This document shows positions 52,575-59,760 of a stretch of 64,000 bases of DNA, piece after piece. Made by a program: the position numbers and the translations under genes. The notes under the pieces were generated by a model. It did no database searches, was not told the origin of the DNA, and worked only from the letters and a program-made list of their open reading frames with translations. Positions within the stretch are counted from its first letter, which is position 1. Every line of letters starts with the position of its first letter. The stretch spans positions 3,557-67,556 of the IMG/VR virus record IMGVR_UViG_3300029999_000001; one strand, 5' to 3'. The stretch comes from a virus.

Positions 52575-52840
52575 GCGGCATCGCCATGGCTGGTCTCAGG
52601 GAACGGCTCGCCGGTCACGGTGAGGCCGAGCTCGTGCATCAGGTCAGCCTTGCGTACCCGGTAGAACCGGCCGATCCGCATCACCCGGCACGGGAACTCC
52701 CCGGCGCGGGCCATCTCGTGGGCCTTGGTGCGCCCGAGACCGAACGCCCGGCCCGCAGCCGGCAAGTCCATCGTCACCGGCAGGCCGAGCAGTTCCTCCA
52801 GGCTCATCCGCAGTGACTGCGGTTCCTGATCTTTCGCCAT
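52571..52840 (-). CDS. xis: Excisionase-like HTH protein
   Basis: LPAAGRAFGLGRTKAHEMARAGEFP..V.RIGRFYRV; divergent from the repressor and integrase. Confidence 0.8.
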   Translation of the reverse strand: MAKDQEPQSLRMSLEELLGLPVTMDLPAAGRAFGLGRTKAHEMARAGEFPCRVMRIGRFYRVRKADLMHELGLTVTGEPFPETSHGDAA

Positions 52841-52859
52841 CACATCTACCCCACGCCAG

Positions 52860-52997
52860 GTCGGCACTGAACCCGGAAAGTCGGCACTGATGCCGTCCCG
52901 GGTGGCTGGGCCCTAGATTGCCCCACCCGTACCGCGCTGTCAAGCCTCATGCCGATCCGTCTGGACTCATGCCGACCCGTGCGGCTAAGCTCGCGGT
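52860..52997. promoter_or_regulatory. Lysis-lysogeny switch: divergent promoters and four operator-like repeats
   Basis: Leftward TTGACA-17-CAATCT; rightward TGGACT-18-TAAGCT-6-GTG (leaderless repressor); GTCGGCACTGA at 52860 and 52880; CTCATGCCGAYCCGT at 52946 and 52966. Confidence 0.75.
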
Positions 52998-53606
52998 GTG
53001 GACAACGAAAACGGCAGGCCGCCAGACGCTGACCAGCTACCCGTGCGGCGCATCTCGATCAATCAGGTCGTCGCCTGGAACATGGCCTACTTCCGCCGGA
53101 TAGCGGACATCACCCAGGAAGGACTCGGCGAGCTGATCGGCGGCAGGCCCAAGACCGCCGTCTCCGCCGATGAGCGCTCATGGGACGGGAAACGGACCCG
53201 CGAGTTCGACGCCCACAGCATCACGCTCATCGCCGAGGCGCTCGGTGTGCCGATCATCGCCCTGTTCCTGCCGCCCGAAGACGACGGCCTCAGCGAGCAG
53301 TACGTCTACGACGCCGGCACCGGGCAGGGCTTCATGACCGACCTGATGCAGGCCGTACTCCCCAACACCGGAGACCGGACACCTGTCATGGACGCCTACC
53401 GGAAACGATTTCAGAACGCCGTCACCTACTATGCGGACCCGACGTTCGGTGAGCAGGTCGCCCGGTTCCTGCGGGACGCCACCGACGACGAGCTGCGCGC
53501 CGACCGCGCTTCGCGGATCCGCCAGCGGCAAGCCGACCTTGAGGGAGTGGCCGCCGAGCTCGGGGAGATCGCGGAAGCACTGGAGAACCCGGAGGCTGGC
53601 CAGTGA
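52998..53606 (+). CDS. XRE-type immunity repressor
   Basis: VAWNMAYFRRIADITQEGLGELIG...AVSADER HTH; coupled to the integrase. Confidence 0.75.
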   Translation: MDNENGRPPDADQLPVRRISINQVVAWNMAYFRRIADITQEGLGELIGGRPKTAVSADERSWDGKRTREFDAHSITLIAEALGVPIIALFLPPEDDGLSEQYVYDAGTGQGFMTDLMQAVLPNTGDRTPVMDAYRKRFQNAVTYYADPTFGEQVARFLRDATDDELRADRASRIRQRQADLEGVAAELGEIAEALENPEAGQ

Positions 53607-54991
53607 GCGAACCGGTCTACAAGCGCTGCAAATGCCGCGACGCTGACGGCAAGGACATCGGCGTGTCCTGCCCGAAGCTGAAACGGGCCGACGGGTCATG
53701 GAATCCGAAGCACGGGACGTGGTACTTCGCGCTCGAGCTGCCGCCCGGCCCCGGCGGCAAGCGGCGGCCGAGGCTGCGCCGCGGTGGGTACGAAACACGC
53801 GAGGCGGCGGCGGATGCCCGGGATCAGGCCAGGGCCACGCTCCGCAGGGGCGTTGACCCGTCCGTCAAGACGATGACCGGCAAGTACCTCACCACCTGGC
53901 TCGCTGGCCGCCGCGACCTCAAGCCGACCACCCGGCACAACTACGAGGTCAGCATCAGCACCTACCTGGTCCCGCTGCTGGGGCACATTGAGCTGAGCAG
54001 GCTTCAGCCGGAGCACATCGCGGACGCCTTCGCCACGATCAGGGAATGGAACGACCTGCTTCTCTCGGGGCAGCCGGTCCGCAAGTACCAGCGGCACGTC
54101 GGGCCCGCAGCGATGCAGCGGATCCGCAACGTCCTTCAGTCCGCGCTGCGGGATGCGATCAAGGCACGGATGATCGAGTTCAACGCCGCGAAGCTCGTCA
54201 GCATGGACCCGGTAACGTCCCAGAAGCCGATGATGTGGACGGCTGAGCGGGCACGGAAGTTCTGGGCCGGCTACGAGGAAGCACTCGAAGCCTCTCCGCT
54301 GACCCGCGGGGACAGGGCTTTCCTGGTGTGGCGGTCCGTCGCGCTGCGGCCCTTCCCGGTGATGGTGTGGAATCTGAGCGACCTCGGGGCCTTCCTCGAC
54401 TACGCCGCTGGGCATCGCCTCTCCCCCGTGTTCGAGCTTGCCGCCGGCACGGGGATGCGCCGCGGTGAGCTGTGCGGGCTGCGCTGGACGGATGTGGACC
54501 TGGATCAGAGCATCCTCTACATCACGCCGGGCGGGGTGCGTGTCCAGGCCGGATGGGAAGTCTTCGAAGGCGGCCCGAAGACAGAAGCGGGCGGCCGGGA
54601 GGTCCCGCTCATCGACCAGGACACCGGGACGCTCCGGGCGTGGAAGCGGCAGCAGAACCGGGAGCGGCTCTCCTGGGGCAGCGACTGGCAGGACAGCGGC
54701 CTTGTCTTCACCCATGAGGACGGGTCGGCATGGCACCCGGAGGCTGTGACTGATGCTTTCGAGCGGCTCGCGTTCGCCGCGCATCTCCCGCCGGTCCGGC
54801 TGCATGACATCCGGCACGCGCACATCTCCCAGTTGCTTGCCGCCGGGGTCGATGTCCGGATCGTTTCGGAGCGGGTCGGTCACTCCGGGAGCAAGATGAC
54901 CCGCGACTACGCGGCGGTGGCGGCTGAGGTCTCCCGGCAGGCCGCCGCGACGATTGTCGGGATGATCCCGAGGAAAGCAGGTGGGCAATGA
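53603..54991 (+). CDS. int: Tyrosine integrase
   Basis: GMRRGELCGLRW, PKT, LHDIRH, GHS and DY catalytic residues; N-terminal arm-binding region. Confidence 0.95.
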   Translation: MSEPVYKRCKCRDADGKDIGVSCPKLKRADGSWNPKHGTWYFALELPPGPGGKRRPRLRRGGYETREAAADARDQARATLRRGVDPSVKTMTGKYLTTWLAGRRDLKPTTRHNYEVSISTYLVPLLGHIELSRLQPEHIADAFATIREWNDLLLSGQPVRKYQRHVGPAAMQRIRNVLQSALRDAIKARMIEFNAAKLVSMDPVTSQKPMMWTAERARKFWAGYEEALEASPLTRGDRAFLVWRSVALRPFPVMVWNLSDLGAFLDYAAGHRLSPVFELAAGTGMRRGELCGLRWTDVDLDQSILYITPGGVRVQAGWEVFEGGPKTEAGGREVPLIDQDTGTLRAWKRQQNRERLSWGSDWQDSGLVFTHEDGSAWHPEAVTDAFERLAFAAHLPPVRLHDIRHAHISQLLAAGVDVRIVSERVGHSGSKMTRDYAAVAAEVSRQAAATIVGMIPRKAGGQ

Positions 54992-55200
54992 GCAACAGCC
55001 GCAGTTTCCGCCGCCGCCTGGAGGCGAGCCGCAATGACCGGCGGTCACGGCGCGGCCTGGCGATGACCTCCACGCCATCGCTTAGCACCACGCGCCGATG
55101 GCTGAAGGCGGCTGAAGCCGAAGGCGTCGTGAGGCGCGCGGAGGATCGGCGCACGGGGAAGCCCGGCCGGCCCGCGCATATGTGGGAGCTGGCGCAGTGA
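54988..55200 (+). CDS. Small basic protein (winged-helix fragment-like)
   Basis: LSTTRRWLKAAEAEGVVRR...GRPAHMWEL. Confidence 0.4.
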   Translation: MSNSRSFRRRLEASRNDRRSRRGLAMTSTPSLSTTRRWLKAAEAEGVVRRAEDRRTGKPGRPAHMWELAQ

Positions 55201-55215
55201 TTGGCGTGATTCCGG

Positions 55216-55497
55216 GCGGACTCCAAATGGACTCCCCCGCACCGCTCCGGGTGGGGGGCCGGAAAACGGCAGATGCGCGGCCGCATGCCCAGGGCCTATG
55301 GGTGGGAGCCGGTGAGCGGATTCGAACCGCTGACCTGCCGTTTACAAGACGCCGGGAGTTCATGTCGCCCGAAATAGACTCATGTCGGGCACATGGAGTT
55401 CGCGCAGGTCAGGGGAGAGGCAGATCAGCTTTCCGGGTCATCTCGTATCGCCTCAAAAGGCCCAACTCCAGGCCGTGCGGACTCCAAATGGACTCCC
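55216..55497. mobile_element. attP site with arm-type repeats
   Basis: Perfect 21-bp direct repeat GCGGACTCCAAATGGACTCCC at 55216-55236 and 55477-55497, flanking a tRNA-derived core, immediately downstream of int. Confidence 0.85.
55303..55351 (-). other. att core: 3' half of tRNA-Thr(UGU)
   Basis: Minus strand CGT-CTTGTAA-ACGGC-AGGTC-AGCGG-TTCGAAT-CCGCT-CACCGGCTCC; no D-arm or 5' acceptor strand upstream. Confidence 0.88.
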
Positions 55498-55525
55498 AGA
55501 GCGCAGAAATCAGAAGGGGGGAGTC

Positions 55526-55738
55526 GTGACCGGGAAAGTGATCACCGAGGGGACTCCTGTCGTCATCACGGACGCCTTCGGGAAAGAATGGCCGACGACC
55601 GCACTCAGCGGCGTCGAAATCAAGGGCCACAGCTTCCCGGTGATATGGGTCAAGCGCCCGCTGACGGCAGGCGGCTGGGACAAGGCTCCATGGCCGGCCG
55701 AATCGGTCCGGCTGGCCCGGCCTAGTGAGACCCGGTGA
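55526..55738 (+). CDS. Small hypothetical protein
   Basis: GAAGGGGGGAG RBS before GTG 55526. Confidence 0.6.
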   Translation: MTGKVITEGTPVVITDAFGKEWPTTALSGVEIKGHSFPVIWVKRPLTAGGWDKAPWPAESVRLARPSETR

Positions 55739-55813
55739 GGCAGCGGCCCGCGGTCACGTCAGCGTGACCAGCTCGCATGAGCTAGGCGTCTTGCGTACCG
55801 GGGCCGCTGCCTC
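55737..55813 (-). ncRNA. Candidate structured RNA 1 (multibranch)
   Basis: 13-bp closing stem GAGGCAGCGGCCC/GGGCCGCTGCCTC enclosing GGTCACG/CGTGACC and AGCTC/GAGCT hairpins. Confidence 0.5.
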
Positions 55814-55816
55814 TTC

Positions 55817-55917
55817 TGGTGGCGGGGAGACAGGGACCAGCCTTCCGGGCCGCTGGCGCCCGCCGGCACTGGCCGCTTACGCGGGGGCCGGGCAATCCCA
55901 TCCCTGAACGTCTCCCC
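55817..55917 (-). ncRNA. Candidate structured RNA 2 ending in GCCACCA
   Basis: GGGGAGAC/GTCTCCCC plus AGGGA/TCCCT closing stems; GTAA and GGAA (GNRA) loops on the minus strand. Confidence 0.55.
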
Positions 55918-55933
55918 AAACGGGAATTCTGTG

Positions 55934-56041
55934 AGTGCCGGGTGAGGCTGCCGCCCGGGCCATTTGTGTCGGACACTCCAGCCGTGCACTGCCTCGGCGT
56001 CCAGCTACCGCACTGCGAAGTGCGTGCACCTTCCCGGCACT
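55934..56041 (-). ncRNA. Candidate structured RNA 3
   Basis: 9-bp closing stem AGTGCCGGG/CCCGGCACT; internal TGCAC/GTGCA and GCACT/AGTGC helices; starts 3 nt after the tRNA. Confidence 0.5.
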
Positions 56042-56044
56042 ACG

Positions 56045-56118
56045 TGGCGGAGACGTGATTTGAACACGCGACCTCTGAGTTATGAGCCCAGCGAGCTACC
56101 GAACTGCTCCACTCCGCT
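56045..56118 (-). tRNA. tRNA-Met(CAU), initiator (fMet)-type
   Basis: AGCGGAG-TG-GAGC-AGTTCGGTA-GCTC-G-CTGGG-CTCATAA-CTCAG-AGGTC-GCGTG-TTCAAAT-CACGT-CTCCGCC-A; 1:72 mismatch; CCA not encoded. Confidence 0.93.
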
Positions 56119-56127
56119 GTGATCATC

Positions 56128-56514
56128 TTACCGATGCCGTCTCCGCTTCGCCCGCAATGACGGCTTGACGTGCAGCGCCGGGCCGGAGTTCGCGCACGGG
56201 TTGCAGGTGGCGCAGCGGATGTGAGCGCTGGGGTTGCTGGCCGCGTGATAGTCGTGGGCGGCGAAAAGGGGCTGCAGCGTCGCCGCCATCCGCTGAAAGC
56301 CCCGCATGAGCGAGGTTACTTCCGGGATGACGATCACGTTGTAGTAGTAGGTGCTGTGCCGCAGAACGCTCCACCGTTCCGGCCAGATTGCGCCGCCCCC
56401 GTCGCAGATGATCCGTCCGGCGTCCGGGTTCCACCGCATCGCGTCGCTGCTGGTCGTGGAGTCCTCAAGGGCGCCGTCGATCGCGGCGAGGACGCCGGGA
56501 GTGTCAGTGGTCAC
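56128..56514 (-). CDS. Hypothetical protein (leaderless)
   Basis: CAGAAT 7 nt before GTG 56514; HIRCATCNPCAN near the C-terminus. Confidence 0.55.
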   Translation of the reverse strand: MTTDTPGVLAAIDGALEDSTTSSDAMRWNPDAGRIICDGGGAIWPERWSVLRHSTYYYNVIVIPEVTSLMRGFQRMAATLQPLFAAHDYHAASNPSAHIRCATCNPCANSGPALHVKPSLRAKRRRHR

Positions 56515-56603
56515 GGCTACCATTCTGCACGGCAACGGCCCGGAACCAGCGCTCTGGGCGCGATCCCGGGCCGCTCAGGGCCGTGGTGGGCGCGGCCCTG
56601 GTC

Positions 56604-56945
56604 TCAGCCGGTTAAAACGAGGCGTTTGCCTAGCGCGCACTCAAGCGGGATGGTGTCCGGGGCCCTGGGGAGCAGGCCCGCGTAGGAGGCCAGGTCGTAC
56701 GGAAGCCTGCTGAACTCTCCGGTGGTGATAATGAGCTCGGGGACGCCCGCTTCTAGCCGGCGGTGATGCCGGAGCCGCACGTGAGTCTCGTTCTCGGTGA
56801 CGTCCAGGCAGCCGATGCGTGTCATCGCAGTGGCATCGCCATGGCGATCCCACCGCCGACACTGCGCTGAAGGACACCGGCCGGGGGTGTGAGGATCTCT
56901 GGCTGCTCGATGCTGTTGGAGAAGCTGTTGCCGTACACAGGTCAC
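56604..56945 (-). CDS. Hypothetical protein (start probably MTRIGCLDV, ~56825)
   Basis: ORF track; the 3' half looks protein-like. Confidence 0.45.
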   Translation of the reverse strand: MTCVRQQLLQQHRAARDPHTPGRCPSAQCRRWDRHGDATAMTRIGCLDVTENETHVRLRHHRRLEAGVPELIITTGEFSRLPYDLASYAGLLPRAPDTIPLECALGKRLVLTG

Positions 56946-56990
56946 ACTCCTGTCGTTGCGGGCGGTCAGCGGGTTGCGGATCCGCCATGC

Positions 56991-57179
56991 TCAGCCTTCG
57001 TAAACATAGTTGGGCTTGACGCCGTTGTGGAGGTAGGCACCATAGTGGGCCACGCCGCCGTACCGCAGCGCCACCACGACGGCGGCAGTCATGGCCAGGG
57101 CGATCAGGGCCAGCATGGCTAGGCGCATGGCGGGGGCTAGGCGCATGGCGGGGATTGTGTGCAGGACTCCGGGCTTCAT
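56991..57179 (-). CDS. Small secreted or membrane-anchored peptide (62 aa)
   Basis: GAAGGAGA RBS; basic N-region, hydrophobic MLALIALAMTAAVVVAL, polar C-tail ...NGVKPNYVYEG. Confidence 0.7.
   Translation of the reverse strand: MKPGVLHTIPAMRLAPAMRLAMLALIALAMTAAVVVALRYGGVAHYGAYLHNGVKPNYVYEG
57117..57152. repeat. 18-bp tandem duplication
   Basis: GGCTAGGCGCATGGCGGG twice (encodes PAMRLA twice). Confidence 0.9.
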
Positions 57180-57216
57180 GGTTCTCCTTCGCGGGATGTC
57201 CCTTATGCCCGCAGGA

Positions 57217-57633
57217 TCACTTGTTCCCGGGATGTCCGGAAGCGGGAACATTCACGGGAACCACCGACAGGCCAATATGGGCGACCTGGCCGAGCTCGTT
57301 GTGGCAGTACGGGCAGCGTGCGAGAGAAGTTACCGTCAGCATTGGCCCGGCATCCTCCCCCGGGGGCAGTGGCGGCAGGTGCCGGGTGCCGGCCATCGCC
57401 TCGATAGCAGCATGAGCCTTGATGAACACGCCGCCCGCGGCGAGCTCACGGTCCATCACCTGCCAGAACCGCGCAGACCGGCGGGCACCGGTTTCCGCGT
57501 TCGCGATCGTGGTCCGCTTGAACGGGGTCCGTGCGGCGAGCTGGTCTTGTGTCAGCCCGGCGGCGTGGCGGCGGTCCGCGAGCTGGTGGCCGAGATCCGC
57601 GAGCGCGGCGTCAACCTCGGCGGGGGTGGCCAC
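57217..57633 (-). CDS. XRE-family HTH regulator
   Basis: LGHQLADRRHAAGLTQDQLAARTPFKRTTIANAETG; C-terminal CPYC. Confidence 0.85.
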   Translation of the reverse strand: MATPAEVDAALADLGHQLADRRHAAGLTQDQLAARTPFKRTTIANAETGARRSARFWQVMDRELAAGGVFIKAHAAIEAMAGTRHLPPLPPGEDAGPMLTVTSLARCPYCHNELGQVAHIGLSVVPVNVPASGHPGNK

Positions 57634-57761
57634 TGCGCTCTGTCTTGGTGCGTGGAAGCATGCGCATACGGGTGATGTCCCTTCCGGGGTCTACGCGGTT
57701 CCTGTGGGACTGATCCCTAGGCCGGGTCCGTGTTCGCTGCACGGGCCCGGCCGCCTTCGGG

Positions 57762-57977
57762 TTATCCGGGTGGGGTGTCTGGAACGTCGGCCTCGGTGGC
57801 CGACTCGCCGTGGCTGCACCCGTCATCCCAGACCTGAGACAGCACATCCGTCAGCCTGGCACGCTGCTGCGCGTCCAGGCCGCACGGAACAATGTCGCTG
57901 ATACGGGTGTGGGCTCTGGCGATGCAGTCACCGCGGGCGTGCTTGCGCATGATCTCAGGGTCAGGCATGGGGCTCAT
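57762..57977 (-). CDS. Hypothetical protein
   Basis: ORF track; ATGA-type coupling. Confidence 0.5.
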   Translation of the reverse strand: MSPMPDPEIMRKHARGDCIARAHTRISDIVPCGLDAQQRARLTDVLSQVWDDGCSHGESATEADVPDTPPG

Positions 57978-58216
57978 TCTGAGTAGGGGTCTGGGATTCC
58001 ACCAGGCAGCAACGTGATCAGAGCCATTATCTCGTCAGAGAGGTCGTCAATTGTCTGGCCGGGAACGAGAGCGGCCAAGCGACTATCCAGCAGGCGGACG
58101 ATCGCGTCATGCAGATCGCTCGCGCCGACCCACTTGACGCCCTTCTCTGTCGTCATGCCGGCGCGTATCACGATCAGGAGATCATTCGGCTTCTGCTCGG
58201 GTTGGTCGTCACTCAT
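57974..58216 (-). CDS. Hypothetical protein
   Basis: GAGGAG RBS before ATG 58216 (MSDDQPEQ). Confidence 0.55.
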   Translation of the reverse strand: MSDDQPEQKPNDLLIVIRAGMTTEKGVKWVGASDLHDAIVRLLDSRLAALVPGQTIDDLSDEIMALITLLPGGIPDPYSE

Positions 58217-58230
58217 TGCCGCTCCTCTCG

Positions 58231-58425
58231 CTAGAAGGGTGGTTCGTCGCTGTAGACCACGCCGGCAGTAGGCCACTCGGGCTGCGGGCAGTCGCATTTC
58301 TTGCCACCGTGCGCGTCGTCGCAGTGCTCCCAGTACTCCTCTTCAGCGCGTCTCTCCTCGTAGTCGCTGGGGTCAGGCTCATGGCCGTCGTAGGTGGGGT
58401 CGCTCCAGTCGTTGACGTCGGTCAC
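58231..58425 (-). CDS. Acidic hypothetical protein
   Basis: ORF track; ends YSDEPPF. Confidence 0.55.
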   Translation of the reverse strand: MTDVNDWSDPTYDGHEPDPSDYEERRAEEEYWEHCDDAHGGKKCDCPQPEWPTAGVVYSDEPPF

Positions 58426-58652
58426 GGCCTTCCCCCTGCCGTCACGCCGCGCAGCACGGCGGGGACATCGGCTGGCTTAGGGGCCGGGTGAACCAGCTCA
58501 GCGAACTTGCCGACCTTATCCAGCACGGCGAGGATGAACTCGCGGTCATGCTCGTCAAGGTCAAGGCGTGCGTTGACGTGCAGCTCAACCCGGCCGTTAC
58601 CGGATATCGGCAGCACGTAGGCCACGGACATCGATCCCGGCGCCTCGCTCAT
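58422..58652 (-). CDS. Hypothetical protein
   Basis: ORF track; coupled. Confidence 0.6.
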   Translation of the reverse strand: MSEAPGSMSVAYVLPISGNGRVELHVNARLDLDEHDREFILAVLDKVGKFAELVHPAPKPADVPAVLRGVTAGGRP

Positions 58653-58909
58653 CGCTGGTCCTCTCCCGCCTGTTCGATGCGGGCCACCACGTCACGCAGG
58701 GACGGCCCGCCGTTCGGCTGCGCCCGTTCCCGCTCGGAACGCTGCGCCTGATAGGCGTCGTGCCCACCTTCGCTGTAGCCCTGCTCAAAGCCTTCGGCGC
58801 GCTCCTTGGCGAGTACCCGGCGGACGATCATGCGGGTGTTGATGTCACCGGCCGGGTACCGCTCGAAGGCCCGGACGACCTCCTCGATGCGGCCGTTGAA
58901 GTCGCCCAT
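58649..58909 (-). CDS. Hypothetical protein
   Basis: GAGGAG before ATG 58909 (MGDFNGR). Confidence 0.55.
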   Translation of the reverse strand: MGDFNGRIEEVVRAFERYPAGDINTRMIVRRVLAKERAEGFEQGYSEGGHDAYQAQRSERERAQPNGGPSLRDVVARIEQAGEDQR

Positions 58910-58911
58910 GG

Positions 58912-59190
58912 CTACTCCTCTCCCGTCAGCGCCGGGAGCCCGCACGCGGCGGCGCGCTCGGCATTGATCCGGTCCGCGTACTCCTCGTCGCCCTCGTCGG
59001 CGAGGGCGGTCGCGCAGCGCCCATCCCCGGGCGCGAACTCGATGTCACAACCGGTCCCGCACTGCATGCAGCAACGGCCCCGGCAGCCGGGAGCGTCGCA
59101 GCCGGTGTCATACAGGGGCTCACCACATCCCCCGCATTCGTCGGGGGCAATGGCGAAACCCTCGGCCTCGGTGTCGTAGTAAACGGCCAT
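58912..59190 (-). CDS. Cys-rich zinc-finger-like protein
   Basis: CGGC, CDAPGC, CCMQCGTGC; start ATG 59190. Confidence 0.6.
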   Translation of the reverse strand: MAVYYDTEAEGFAIAPDECGGCGEPLYDTGCDAPGCRGRCCMQCGTGCDIEFAPGDGRCATALADEGDEEYADRINAERAAACGLPALTGEE

Positions 59191-59194
59191 TGGG

Positions 59195-59452
59195 TCAGTC
59201 CTCTCCCGCCTGTACGGCGCCGATGTCGTCCAGCTGCGCACGCACCCATTCCGGGTTGCGGCGAATGAACTCCTGAACCTGCGGGGTTACGTCGTGGCGC
59301 TCGCTGGCGGCGAACGTGGCCGTCGTCCCGTCCTCGCTCTCACTCACGACCCGCCGCCTGGTGACGGCGAACACCTGCCCGCTGAAGTCAGCGAGGTAGA
59401 GGTTTATCGGGTAGTGGCGTCGGCAGTCTGGCTCCGTGCAGCATCCGCTCAC
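59195..59452 (-). CDS. Hypothetical protein
   Basis: GTGA coupling; MSGCCTEPDC... Confidence 0.55.
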   Translation of the reverse strand: MSGCCTEPDCRRHYPINLYLADFSGQVFAVTRRRVVSESEDGTTATFAASERHDVTPQVQEFIRRNPEWVRAQLDDIGAVQAGED

Positions 59453-59760
59453 CGCCCTGTCTCCTTCGGGAGGTAGATCAGGAAAGACGCACCGAGGAAA
59501 GCGGCGAACTCTTCCAGCCACCGCTCAGCCTCAGCCTTGAGCCGGTCCTGGGCATCGTCGTCCCAGCCGCCGTACCGCACCTGCTCCGTTGAGCCGGGGA
59601 ACGTGGTGCAGAGCGCCCACTCATTGAAGCGGCGGCCCGTGATGTTGGCCACGGGGTGCAGGATCTGGAACAGGGCCGTCGTCACGGTGCCGACGTAGCC
59701 GAACCACTCGACGACGGTCCCGTCTACGTGGTGCCAGCGGATGCGCTTGACCTCGTTCAC
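59449..59760 (-). CDS. Hypothetical protein
   Basis: ORF track; coupled. Confidence 0.55.
   Translation of the reverse strand: MNEVKRIRWHHVDGTVVEWFGYVGTVTTALFQILHPVANITGRRFNEWALCTTFPGSTEQVRYGGWDDDAQDRLKAEAERWLEEFAAFLGASFLIYLPKETGR

Noticed and set aside
54988-55200. Functional regulator after the integrase
   Set aside because: Only the second helix and wing of a winged-helix fold are evident; may be a remnant.
55303-55351. Complete tRNA-Thr gene
   Set aside because: Only the anticodon loop to the 3' end is present; treated as the att core.
55837-55857. CCGGAAGG loop as SRP (4.5S) RNA
   Set aside because: The flanking SRP internal-loop sequences (CAGG, AGCAG) are absent.
55817-55917. RNA 2 as tRNA-Sec (8-bp acceptor-like stem, G discriminator, CCA)
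   Set aside because: No TTCRA T-loop, no UCA anticodon arm and no D-arm in the required order.
55934-56041. tRNA-adjacent HDV-like (theta) ribozyme
   Set aside because: The 5' and 3' ends pair in one closing stem; I could not find the nested double-pseudoknot order. A self-cleavage assay would settle it.
57217-57633. AimR/RRNPP receptor homologue
   Set aside because: Too short and lacks TPR repeats; only the gene order resembles arbitrium.
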